From Paraspadella gotoi (lineage: Eukaryota; Animalia; Chaetognatha), in the NCBI GenBank assembly GCA_051294375.1, contig CM119269.1, positions 1,690,537 through 1,754,536 of the forward strand: DNA of 64,000 nt. Direction: 5' to 3'. Shown piece by piece: positions 34,011-56,919 of the stretch. Under the pieces are notes generated by a model. The model ran no database searches and had not been told where the DNA came from. It saw only the letters and a program-made list of their open reading frames with translations. The position numbers and the translations under genes are program-made. Each line of letters begins with the position of its first letter. The first letter of the stretch is position 1.

Positions 34011-34480
34011 AATGTAACTAAAAATGTACATTAAATTCTTCCTTCGTTATTTAAGTGCGTCGAAGATCATGAGGGAAGTTGATTGTTTTTGGCAGCGAAT
34101 CAATTGGTTTAAAAAATGTATTGAATAAAAACAAAAGAGTAAAGAATCTAATCTGGTTTAAATCAGTAGCCTAAAGAACAAGAATTATTTTGACGGCTCC
34201 ACTGTGACAGATATTACTAGACAAACGTGTAACTTTGTTTACTCTTACCCAAAAATTAAATGTACTTAGTGTTTACACGTATACCATCCGGTAAACTAAC
34301 TCGCCTATCAAATTTTAAATGTATTGTGAAAGATAATTTCAAGCCTTAACGCTATTTGAACTCTACAACAAAACAACGGTAGAGAGTGAGAGAAAGCACG
34401 GTAGGGAACATACGCTTTCATTCAGTTTACATTTTCTTATAAATACATACAAGTTATACAGTAAATACATACGTAAGATT

Positions 34481-34562
34481 GATGGAGGCCATAAACCGCC
34501 AAAGTCTGTCCAAAATCAAGGTCAAGATAGCTTGTTTATTAAATGAATCAATAATTTTTATA
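34481..34562 (+). mobile_element. Family R1 degenerate fragment
   Basis: gatggaggccataaaccgccaaagtctgtccaaaatcaaggtcaagatagcttgtttattaaatgaat matches the R1 3' part. Confidence 0.65.
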
Positions 34563-35338
34563 TGATTTCATACGATTTTAACGGCCATCTTTTGTTGAAA
34601 TACTGGAAGTATTATTTCTTCCCAGATGTCGCGTAAATGAAAATTTATCGGCGAGTATCCCGAGATAAACAAAAGAACCGGACGCCATTTTATAAAAATT
34701 ATATAATTATTACTAAAAAAAACTGTAGATATTAAAAAATACCGAACTTTCATCGTAACCGACTAACCATATTTTTCCATTTTCTAAAAGCAAGTTAAAT
34801 CATCTAGAGAAATCATTCGACTTTATTTTTAAAATTTGTTTCTTAAAAACGATTTGAAATAAACTGAAACTTCCCGTAAAAGCGCGAAAGAGCAATTCAC
34901 CTTGTCCGAGGTTAGTTGTTGCTTTTTTTTTCTTTTTTTTTGAAAATGTATTTAAGTTGAGAAGACAGTGACGACAATGACTCCAACGACGACGAAGACG
35001 ACGACGAAGACGACGACCGGGACGATTTGTCCAAACTGAGCAGAGAAAGCGAACTCTGCTTTCTCGACTCGGTGGTTCGGCGTCTCGAAGAAAGAAAAGA
35101 CCAGAAATTGAGAGGGGAAAAAAATGTTGAACTATTATTTATCTTTATTTCTTTTTCTCTTTTGAGATTTTTCTTTCTTTCCTTCGAGTTAAAGATTCTG
35201 TGTAGATGAGTTTAGTTTTATACTTTCCCTTTGTGCAACGGTAATCTTGGTTTCCAGGAGTTACTACTCTTTCATTTTTCGGATCTTCAAATTGAATCTC
35301 ACCCAGCGATCGATGGGCGGATGGAAGACGTGGTGTGT

Positions 35339-35470
<132 letters not shown>

Positions 35471-35980
35471 TGGAAACGAAGGAAAGGGGGAAGTTGCGGT
35501 GGAACACGGAGGCCGATCATGATCGAGATATCAAAAATTGACGTTGCACAAGTTAACATTTTTTAATACTAATTTAAAAGCTTCCCTCGAAAAAATTGAC
35601 TGTTTAGGAACTTAGGACTTACTAATAATCGCTACTAGTTTCCTCAAGAGGAATCTGAGTCCTCCCCGACCGATCTTGTGCGCCTTTTAACTATTTTACT
35701 ACGAGTTCTCCGATTTTAATCGGGAGTATCAGTGTTCTCTCTCGCCCTAAGCACTCGTTGCAAAAATCCGAATAACTCATAGCAAACGGAGATAACGGGT
35801 GAAAGCGAGAAGGCGTGAGAGTTTTTCGATCACCAAATTTAGATGCACTTATCGGGATATAAAACGATTATACAAAACTTTAATAAACTTTAATAAACGA
35901 AAGCTTCATAAATAAAACACGTTGCAGATATTAAACTAAACGGCGGTAGAATAATATTCAATACTGTATAAATTATGATG

Positions 35981-35984
<4 letters not shown>

Positions 35985-36076
<92 letters not shown>
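35985..36076. repeat. (AAT)n microsatellite downstream of the TNF-like gene
   Basis: Direct inspection. Confidence 0.95.
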
Positions 36077-36079
<3 letters not shown>

Positions 36080-36130
36080 CTGAATAAATAATCGATAGCT
36101 AAACTTTGAATCCCCGAGTACCCCGTATAT

Positions 36131-36979
36131 TTAAGCGGGGATCTTGTACAGACCCCAGAAACTGTTTCGTAGGGTCGAGTCTTCGTCGTCGCCGCACATG
36201 CATTGATCCTCGTCTTTGACGGCCACGCCCACTCGAGTCCCCGCGCGGAGAAAACGGGAAAATCCCAAGTAACACGAGCGTCGGAAATATACGCCTTCGT
36301 TGTCGAGGGTTTGAGTCGCGTCGGAACGGATGCAGTTGATTGGGTCTGAATGGAATTGAGAGTTTCGACAATAACGTCGCAGTCTGCGTTTCTGTTTTAT
36401 TGCTAAATGTGATTTGGTGATTTGGTTCAGTGGAAACTGGTACATACTAATTGTTTTATGTAATTATAACGTACATGCGATCTTATGTATACTTACAATG
36501 TATTATAATAAATGAACTAATAAAAATGTACAATGAACTAGACGAAAGAAGTGCAGTGACTAAGACACTCGCTTACCTTTGTTGTCGAAATAGATTTTGA
36601 ATTGACACTTTTTCCCTCTTTTTGATGAAAACTCTTTCTTCGCGTAGACCTCGTAATAGCCGTCCTAAAAATATTTTACAATAAATAGTAGAAAGAAAAT
36701 AATAGTTTCTGAAAATATATATGTATAAGTTATAACAACAACGATGAAGACAACAACCTCGTTGATGATGATGTTTCCATCCTGGAATCCGATCGAGGAG
36801 ACCGACTTGACGCGCCATTGCTTGAGCGGCTTTTCGTCGTTCGTCGGGTCGAAGTCGGCGACGCGGCCGAGCGCCGGATCGCCGACCAGGTGAATGTGGG
36901 CGACTTGGCGAGGCTGCGAAGAGATGGCGCCACGGAGGAGAAAGAGGAGGAAAAAAGGCAAAAGACTAGACGACGTCAT
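36131..36979 (-). CDS. TNF-superfamily ligand-like protein with N-terminal signal peptide; exons 36979-36758, 36664-36577, 36345-36131
   Basis: Spliced product shows TNF homology domain hallmarks in order: AHIHL (strand A), LKQW, GFQDGNIIINEDGYYEVYAKKEF (cf. G.L.I..DG.Y.VY.Q..F), SCYLG, FLRAGTRVGV, SFWGLYKI*. Intron phases 0 and 1 are compatible. Confidence 0.82.
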
Positions 36980-37112
36980 CTTTGTTTAGTCTGAAGAGAC
37001 TTGAGACTGTGAAGTATGGAGCGTGACCCAATCCAATTTGAAATTGCTCTGTGTTGGTGAATTAGAGTAGAGATTAAAGAATAGAACGATAGACATTTAC
37101 ATTTACAACTGG

Positions 37113-37362
37113 TATGAAATTGGTACAACCAATATAAAAATTCATTTAAAAAATAAGCTATCTTACCCCTGACTTTAGACAGGCTTTGGTGTTTTAAGAC
37201 CTCCATCACTCTTACAAGCCCCGGCAAACTTTCAATCAAGACTTTCTCACAGTCTCGTTTATTCACTCCCCGAGTACCTGGCTTCCCTATCAATGAAGTA
37301 GTATAACGTTTCAAAGAATGTTTCAATTGTATGAAAAGACCACTCCCTTAAGTATTAGATCG
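37113..37362 (-). mobile_element. Family R1 repeat with internal deletion, just upstream of the TNF-like gene
   Basis: Matches 21398-21667 over its whole length except a ~20 bp deletion. Confidence 0.8.
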
Positions 37363-38482
37363 ACCATATTCCATCGACATCGAAGAGAAAGAATTCTCAA
37401 TATTCCCCCAGATTTTTTTTACCTTCGATCTTCGTATTTTTACGTGATTCTCCGCTAGAGCCAATTATTTGCGTTCGATTGTCTTTTGTTTCGTGATTCG
37501 AATTTCGTTATGACAGCAAAGACGAACCATAGTCGCTTATAAACCATTTTTCCGGGTTTTCTCAGGTTTTTTTTTCCTACTATTTTCCGCGCGGTAAGTC
37601 CCAAGTTTTATTCCAGTCATTTTTTTATGCGGGCATTTACGAACTTAATTATCGCGACAAGTAATTAAAGGCAAACGAGGCAACACGTCAGAAATAATTT
37701 AAAACCGCTTTTGAACGTCTTTTATACAAACTGTTCAAATTCAATTGAAGATTAATTAACGAATAGAAAATTATGGAAAAACGATTTTGGAACCCATGAT
37801 ACCTAATTATTAAGGCGGTCCAAAATTTATCACTTTTTATCATTAGGAGTTCTGTAATACAAAAATCGTTTGACCAATGTCCATCATCAATATTTACTCT
37901 CACTTTTTTAACTAGTGAAGCACAGTATAACATTGAAGCATTTAAATTTTAAATTTTTAAATTTTTGAATTTCGTTATCCCTCATGGATGCTTTAACGTT
38001 ATTTTTATTACAGAACTCTTAGTTTTTATGTACCTCATTCCGCCTTACTAATTATGAATGTAACTAAATGAAATAATGAGTGAGTAGTGAGTGACTCAAG
38101 ATCCATAATTAGAATCGGTTCAAATTGGATGACGTCTCTCCGCCTGAAAAGTTTTTTTTAGCAACATTACGATTGGAAAATACTTCAATGAAAACTTTTT
38201 CCTGTTGGTGACTTCTTTATTTATATAAAATTTATACTTTTTTCTTTATTTATCACTCATCTATACAACGAAAAAGTCTTAACGGCAAACGGATTCTTTC
38301 TGTTTCTATTTTCTTGAAATCGCTAATTAATACTAATCGTCGTAAAAACCTGATTAAAAAAAAACCCGGCTCGCTACATACGAAGAGCTGAAGACTGAGG
38401 CCGACTGATTTCCCACGTTTTCTTATTTTATATTCATGATAATGAATCATAAGTTGTATTTTCAAAACAATGAGCTATCGAG

Positions 38483-38539
<57 letters not shown>

Positions 38540-38754
38540 AGAGTGAGAGAGAGAGAGAGAGAGAAAGATAAATTACGAACAGTAAGAAACAATTTTTTTT
38601 TGTATGGGTCACAAGGTCGCAAAACTGAAGGCCGTTCTCCGAGAAGTCAAAACGAAATCTTTTCTGGTTTTTACAAATGTATCCTAATTCAAGTTTGCGA
38701 TCGCATTCACCGATCACTGACTCTTCGGTTCACAATCGTCGGCACAGCGCTTCC

Positions 38755-39703
38755 TCACTGGAACATTTTGATTCCTTTGATCGACACTTTCTCTCCGCCT
38801 CCGTTTCTGCCGACGCAAACTCGAAACCTCTTGAATTCCCCGACGACGTCAACCGCGAAGACCCGCCAGTCGCCGCCCTTCCAACCGGAAGTCGACGCCG
38901 CCTCGATGACCGGCGTCCAGTCCGCGTCGCCGGCGTCGGCTGCGTCGTTAGTCCCGAACATGGAAAAGAGAGTCGGAGCGCATTCCTGCAGAGAGGGCGC
39001 CTGCAGCGCGAGGAAAGTGATGTTCTTTTGTTCAACGAAGGCGCGTTCGATCCACTCGTCGACGGCAGCGGCGTCTGCAGCGGCGGCCGCGTCTCTGGCG
39101 ATTTTCTCGCTGATCCACGGGTAAACGGACTTTTCGTTAAAAGCGTTAGCGGCGCGCAGATCTTGGGCGGATTGACTGCTGCAGCGGCACAATTCGGCGT
39201 CCCGCGCCGACGCGACGGCGCCGCACTCTGGCCGGCATGACTCTAGCAGCTGCACGAATCCGGTGGTGGATACAAACTCGGCCACGTCGCGCAAGAGGCC
39301 GCAGTCCAGCGTCTCGTCGTAGAGAGAGAGTTTGCGGTGGACGAGACTCTGGAACTTCGTCAGAGACTCTTTGTCCATCGGGGGCAGGAAGCCGGTGATG
39401 CTGGCGATTTTGGAGGCGCTCCTGGGGAGAGGATTAGGGGCGCGGGCCGATCGTTGGAAATTGATGAGATCGGAGAAGGAAAGTAAAAAAAAAAAAAAAG
39501 ATTATTAAGAAAACCAAAGCCGGAAAAGAAAAAAAATAAAGAAAAAAGAAAAAAGAAAAGAAAAGAAAGAAAGAAAGAAGAAAGAGAAGAAAGAAAGAAA
39601 GAAGAAAGAAAGAAAGAAGAGAGAGAAAGAAAGAAAGAAAGGAAGAAAGAAAGAAAAGAAAGAAGAAAAAGAAAGAAAGAAAGAAAAGAAAGAAAGAAAG
39701 AAA

Positions 39704-39734
<31 letters not shown>

Positions 39735-41494
39735 AGAAGAAAGAAAGAAAGAAAGAAAAAAGAATAAACAAAGCAAAGAAGCATTTGTAAATACAGTAAC
39801 CAATAAGCAACCAACCTCAAACAGTCCATGCTTCCGGTCGTGAGCAAAGAATCCATCAGTTCCCCCAATCGCGGCGCCAACTTCTTCGTCGCCTTCTTCC
39901 TCAGACTCACGCCGATGGCATCGCAGGCCAATGTGGCGTGGCGCCAATAGGCCTCGTCGGCGGTGGCGCAGAATCCGTCGATGAGGTCGTCGGCGTCGAG
40001 TTCGATGAGGAGTCGAAGGTCGTCGTCTTTGGAGGCGCGAAAGACGGAGGCCATGACGGCGACGAGTGGCTTGGGACCTGAGGAGAACGTCGACGGTGGT
40101 TGTTACAATTTGGGGATTTTTTTAAATTATGAGATACTAATCGAGGGTCACGCGACTCAATCCCTCAGTCTGTTTTTTTTTTTGTTAGTTTGTCTAATTT
40201 AAGATAAGCATTTAACCTGAGAACGCTAGAACGCTAGAAGGTTTTTAAACATTTTATAGCTCAACAAGCTGCCACCTGTTAAAACACTGAAGGTGTTTTT
40301 TATGTATTTATTTATTTTTTTTGGGGGGGGTAAAACTAATAGGGTACTATTATACTTGTACACATCCTTAAGTGTAAATTGTCACAGCTGAAACGATGCA
40401 GCATTAAACAATAAACAATTAAACAAATAAACAATAAAACAATAAAACAATTAACAATTAAACAAACAATTAAACAATTAAACAATAAACAACAAACATA
40501 AACGAAAATTCTAAATCTCATCTCGCCTTCCTTCGTCCTCATTTCCGGCGGGACGACGACGCCGCCAACGATTTCGCCGAGAATCGCGGCGTCGCTCGCT
40601 TCTCGGTTCCGGATTCCGTCGGCGGCGTCGGCGAGGATCTTATTCTGCACGAGACGCAGGAAGGCCGCCGTTTGGATGTTGGCGGCGAACACCTCGTTTA
40701 GGGTCACCGGAGCGGCGGCGTCGGATGATTGGTCGGCGGCGATGGCGACGGCAATGGCGTTTCCATCGGCGTCCCGTTGGTCGCCAGCGTTTTCAGCCGC
40801 CGCCTCCGCCTCCGCCGCCGCCTCCGCCAGCCGCCGAACGGCGCGAAGCTCGTTCATCTTCTTCAGCAGCAGGAGGCAGGAGCGTCTCGTTGACTGCACG
40901 GCCCGCAGCTTCCGCTGAAGAATTCTCGCGGGAGCGTTGAGAAAGTGGAGGATCTGCGCCACGAGGGCCACTTTAATGGCGTCCACTTTGAGGCGGGGAT
41001 ACCCGCCTGGTCTGGAGGGCGTCGACGGCGAGGTCTTTGGCTTCGAGGAGGTCGTCGCCGACGTTGGCGTGAGCCACGGCTAACTGATTATAAGCTAAAT
41101 GCTTAAATGGTACATTAAGTAAAAATAATACGGCAAAAATAACACCGTATCTCTATGATATAGATTATCATCACGGGTTTGTCCGGGCACCAACCTTGAG
41201 CCGCTCGACGGCGCTTTTCAGAAGAGCGAGGGCAGGGCGGAGCTCGGGGTCGTCAACGAGCCCGCCGATGCCCTCGTCCAGTTTCCGGAATTCCGGCCGA
41301 AGATGCTCCTCCGGTTGCTCCTCTTCCGGCGTCGTGTGCTCAGCGACCACGGCGGTAGCGGAGGCGATTGTGGCGGCGGCGGAGGCCGACGCCTCGGAGG
41401 ACGCCGGCGCCGCAGCCGCTGCGCTGTCGGCTTGTCCGTCATCTCGGCAGAGCAGCTTGAAGTCTAAAATTCCAACAGCATAGTCAAGCGGCAT
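38755..41494 (-). CDS. Uncharacterised protein: N-terminal helical domain (paralogous to neighbour), BACK-like region, C-terminal discoidin/F5-8-like beta-sandwich; exons 41494-41195, ~41083-40527, 40077-39816, 39421-38755
   Basis: Phase-compatible exons, one needing a GC donor at 40526. The C-terminus LFSMFGTND...WTPV...WRVFAV...FKRFRVCVG...VSIKGIKMF resembles the G(S/T)ND-W / FR.FRI galactose-binding-like domain found after BTB-BACK. One apparent frameshift near 41000. Confidence 0.7.
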
Positions 41495-41884
41495 GTTTGT
41501 TGTAGTTCAATGCGGTTCTAAGCAAGAACGTTGAGGTTAATAAAAATTTGTACCATATTACTATGTTATTAAGCAATATTATGTATATAGCGACGTAATA
41601 ATATAGGGTTAAACCATGTAAGATGTAAAATATATTTGAGCATTGAGCATTGAGCATTGAGCAAGGAAATAGTAGACGTATGTATTTTTGTATAAAAAAA
41701 TTTTAGATGCACGACATTGTTATGTTTTGTAAATGTCAGTAAAATTATGTTTGCTCTGACTGTATCAGACTAATCATAGATGTTGTTTTTCGTCAGCTTA
41801 AAATTTGATACTAAATAAGTTTTAGTCAAATCCAAGTACGAGTTCTGATCGCTTTGGTAGATAATTTATTTGGTCAAAAAACCT

Positions 41885-42751
41885 TTAACTCTCCAATTCC
41901 ACCTCCTCCTCGTCCTTCAGCCCGAGCCACTCCTTAATCTCTGCGTCCTTCATGACTCTGTACAACTTCTCCATCGCCTCGTCAAGTGTCATCTCTGTGA
42001 CGTTGATCTTGACGAAGAACGGGCACCGGATCGGGCCGACGACTTGGCCGACGAGGGCGGGCGAGGCTGCCACCAATTTGTTGGCCACGAAGTCGAGAAA
42101 GGCGTCGGCGTGTCGGGTGACGATGAAGACCTCCTTGACGAAGGCCGTCATCTCCGCGTCGGCGACGACGTCCGGCGGGCCGTCCTCGAGCTCCAGCCCG
42201 CCCTTGATCCACACCTCGCTCTTGTGGTCGTGGCGGCAGAGTTTCTCCACCAGAAAGCGGAGCATCTCCCGAGTTTCGTGTAGTTTCTTCAGATGCACAT
42301 TGAACACGCGTCGGGTGGTCTGCACGCAGCGGATGCGGTCCTGCGCCGTCGCGGCTGCCGCCCAAGAGGCGACGAAAAGCAGCGTCTCCGCGACGACGAC
42401 GAACTCAACGACGCGGAGACGGTCACGCGCCTTCAGCCCCGTCGAGAGGCAGTCGAGGGCGCGCTCCTTGGCCTCGCGGAGATCTGGAGCCGAAGAGGCG
42501 GCGTCGCTCGCCTGGGATGTGGCGGATGCGGCGGCGCGGAGGTCGCGTCGAAGAGCGTCGACGCCGGATCGAAGGGGCTCTTTGGCGGCGTCGAGTGGCG
42601 GGAAGTCGGATGACGCCGTTAGACCGTCAACGATGGTGGAGAGACTTTGGTCAACATCTCCGCCGCAGTCGCTTCCGGCCGTAGGAGGCGCGCGACGCAG
42701 CAGGGCCACAGCGAACCGCAGCGCAGCTGCGGCGTCAAAATCGACGACCAT
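41885..42751 (-). CDS. Uncharacterised ~288 aa helical protein, tandem paralog of the N-terminus of the 38755-41494 gene
   Basis: GC-rich uninterrupted ORF. Shares L.EAK..A.D.L.T, VV.A..L.F and R.VQ.TRR....LKK..E.R with the neighbouring gene. Confidence 0.75.
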   Translation of the reverse strand: MVVDFDAAAALRFAVALLRRAPPTAGSDCGGDVDQSLSTIVDGLTASSDFPPLDAAKEPLRSGVDALRRDLRAAASATSQASDAASSAPDLREAKERALDCLSTGLKARDRLRVVEFVVVAETLLFVASWAAAATAQDRIRCVQTTRRVFNVHLKKLHETREMLRFLVEKLCRHDHKSEVWIKGGLELEDGPPDVVADAEMTAFVKEVFIVTRHADAFLDFVANKLVAASPALVGQVVGPIRCPFFVKINVTEMTLDEAMEKLYRVMKDAEIKEWLGLKDEEEVELES

Positions 42752-44173
42752 CGCGTCGCGACTAAAAACAAAAGGGAAATGCGAGCCTTTTCTTTGTGAT
42801 TTGTGAAGCGATATGGAAAAATTACTTAAAATAAAAACAAAAGGCATTAAATTAGCTGTACTTCGCATTGCATTGGCCAACTTTTGTTGTTTACTTAGCT
42901 TTGCCTTAGGTATGGTTTAGTTTCGGTCATGTGGAGCTTCTTTTAAGTTGATTTAAAAAAGAATCAGTAATCCAGTCGTGTGCAATAGATTGCTCGATTC
43001 TCACAACAAGAAATAAGTAGTCGCGAATTATGATTCAACTATGAACAGTAAATCCGACGAAATCGAGATACAGTAAAAACGTACGAATAAAATCTTGCCG
43101 AAACCAATTGATCGAATCGAAGAGGTTAAACCGATCGCAGTCATCGTCGTCGTCGTTGCTCTCACTGCTGTTGTAATCATCATCATCATCGTCGTCGTCG
43201 TTGCGCTTTATGGCCCCAGGAGATGGTTGACTGAAGCTCGTTCGTGAAAAGTGGGAAAGGTTTGGGGATGTCGGCGAAGGGTGAAAGGAGTGGGAAAGAG
43301 GCATAGAGGCAGGATTGTATACAATTTTAAACAAGATCTTGTGTGATATACCTTTTTCGTAACTAATTAACTATAACTGAAATATATGTCTAAATTTCGG
43401 AGAGCGAGCAACCGACTCTTCGAAAGTTTTTCTTTGCATGAAGTTGAACAGAACGGTTTGTACATTTCATTTTGTGGGAAGGAATTGACGTTCGAATTTA
43501 ATGAATAGAATTATCGGATGTCAAGCGGTTCTCTTATCGGCATAATTAGATTCCGAGCGATGAACAAGTTGTGAAGTCAATTCGACGAAGTTCCGATGAC
43601 CCTTCCTGTTACCGTTACCGCCTTCGCTAGTAATGAATTCTTTATTAATCTTTCAGAAAATCATTTAAATGGTTACATCCTTATTCCTTTTCTTTCCATT
43701 CAGTGAATCTTACATGACGATTTCACTTTAGCTCACAAAATCGATATTCGGTCTCAACTTGTCGCGTGACCTCAAGAAAAAAGACTCAAAACGACGTCAA
43801 TGACGAAGACGACGACAAAGGTTTTTCCCTTTCGCCTTCCGCTCTTTCAATCTGAAAGTCCCGAGTTCCAACCCCACCCAGTCCTATTTACTTCACAGTT
43901 ACCAAATATTGTTGAGAGTAAAATGTTGTAAAATGATAAGTTGGTTCATATCTGTTCTAATTTAACATATAATGAACAATGTTCATGAACATTGAATAAA
44001 GGAAGAAAATGATAACAACAACTTTTATGCGAAGAAGACGATGATGACGATGATGACGATGATGAAGAATAGGACGTAAGGAGTTCGGCGCATTTAACAT
44101 AACTTTTTACATTGAATATAGAAAACGCCAATTGTCCTCGTGTGTTTACGTCTCTGCCTTTGAATACAATACC

Positions 44174-55133
<10,960 letters not shown>

Positions 55134-55681
55134 GAGGAGACAGGCGGAAGAGAAAGAAAGAAAAAAAGAAAGAAAAAAAGGAAAGAGAAGCGGGGAGATG
55201 ATAACAAATGAAATTTTTAAAAAAAATAGAAAGCAGAGAAAGATTTTGAGAAGAAAGACAGAATGTCGTTCTTGGTGTCGTAAAACAGAGAAAGACGGAA
55301 AAAGTTTTTTTAAAAAGTTATTTTTTTTGCGTCCGTTTTTAAATAACGGCTTATACTACTGACTAACGTTCCTGTTTTATAATTTTCCGAAAAATAACTT
55401 CAGAAATACCAAAAAAAATATTGTGGTTTACTTATCGATAATTTTAAAATACAAAAAATGAAGGAACAGTTATTTTCACTAGTTAACTAGATTAACATCC
55501 ATGTTAGCTTAATTGTTGGGTTTCCAAGAGAAAAAAACACTTACTAGTTCATTTTGGGAATTTATGGAGGAGCTTTTGTGAAAAGCCAGTGATCATTCAT
55601 GGGACCAAGGGATAATAGTATAATTGTTAAACAAGTTCACACATGGATACAAATACTAAAAAAATATATATATTTATATAT

Positions 55682-55849
55682 ATGAAATTAGTACAACTAA
55701 TATAAAAATTATCCATTAATGTAATAGATAAGCTATCTTGCCCCGACTTTGGACAGGCTTTGGTGGTTTAAGGCCTCGATCATTCTTACAAGATAGAGGT
55801 TCCTGCAAGCTTTCAATCAAGACTCCCAAACAGTCTCGTTTATTCACTC
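55682..55849 (-). mobile_element. Family R1 repeat, 5'-truncated, flanked by (TA)n
   Basis: Diverged match to the R1 3' portion, with (TA)n on both sides. Confidence 0.75.
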
Positions 55850-56416
55850 ATATATATATTTTTTTTCCTATACCTTATGATTTTTAAACTAATTGAAGGA
55901 ATTCGAGAAATTCTTTCAGTCTGAAGTTCTTCGATAAGATGTTTTCTGTGCTGTCACCGAAAGGCATTTTACTTGACGAACAGTTTGTGAATTTTTCTAC
56001 TGTAAACTTTCGAGTGAAGATTTCGTCGATGTTTACCCAGAACCAAACTTTTTTTTTTCACTAAATCGGTCGAATCAAATTTTTTTGGGTTACATTTGGT
56101 TTATTAATCATTCGACCTTTTTTATACCATCATCGATTCTCTCTTTCTCAACACCTACTATCGACCGAAAGACTGAGGGAATTACCTACAAGGTCATCTT
56201 CCGTCGTCGTCTTCATCGTCGTCGTCGTCGTCGTCATCGTCGTCGTCGTCATCGTCTTCGGCAAAACCCGCGAATAGAATTTCGAAGCTTTCTCCGAAGG
56301 CGAGGTTACTTCTTCAAGAGTTCATCGACTGAGAACTCTCTCTCTCTCTCTCTCTTCCTCTTTCCTCTTCTCCTCTCCCCTCTCTCTCTCCTCTCTCTCT
56401 CTTCTCTCTCTCCTCT

Positions 56417-56501
<85 letters not shown>

Positions 56502-56919
56502 TCTCTTCTCTCTCTCCCACTCTCTATCTCTCACTACTTCTCACAAATTCACTCAAATTCACACAAACCCAATTTGAAGCGGAAAAGTAACTCGGTTTTT
56601 TAAGATTCTCAATAAAATTTCAGCCAAATTTCATTTTCGTTTTTTATGTTTTTTTTTACTTTTTAACTTAGTCTGTTTCACTTCGGGAAAAAAAAATCAG
56701 TTTCCCTTTCGAAATTTTATCCCGACAAATTTGTAGAAAATAAACGTCGATTAGAGAACAAAGTTTATCATTAATTCTAGTAAATTTGGCTCTGGAAAAG
56801 TTGAGTGTTCTCGTGAACTCGGAGAGTCATTCTCTCTCTCTNNNNNNNNNNCTCTCTCTCCTCTTTCTCACTTAATTTCACTTTCACAACGTTTGACGTT
56901 CACCAGATTCCTCTTTAAA

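Noticed and set aside
36976-37326. 116 aa ORF upstream of the TNF-like gene
   Set aside because: Lies mostly in an R1 repeat copy, and the frame is not preserved in other copies.
41952-42806. 284 aa + strand ORF and similar antisense ORFs over GC-rich exons (e.g. 38543-39240, 8914-9441, 47127-47624)
   Set aside because: Shadow ORFs of the real CDS on the opposite strand.
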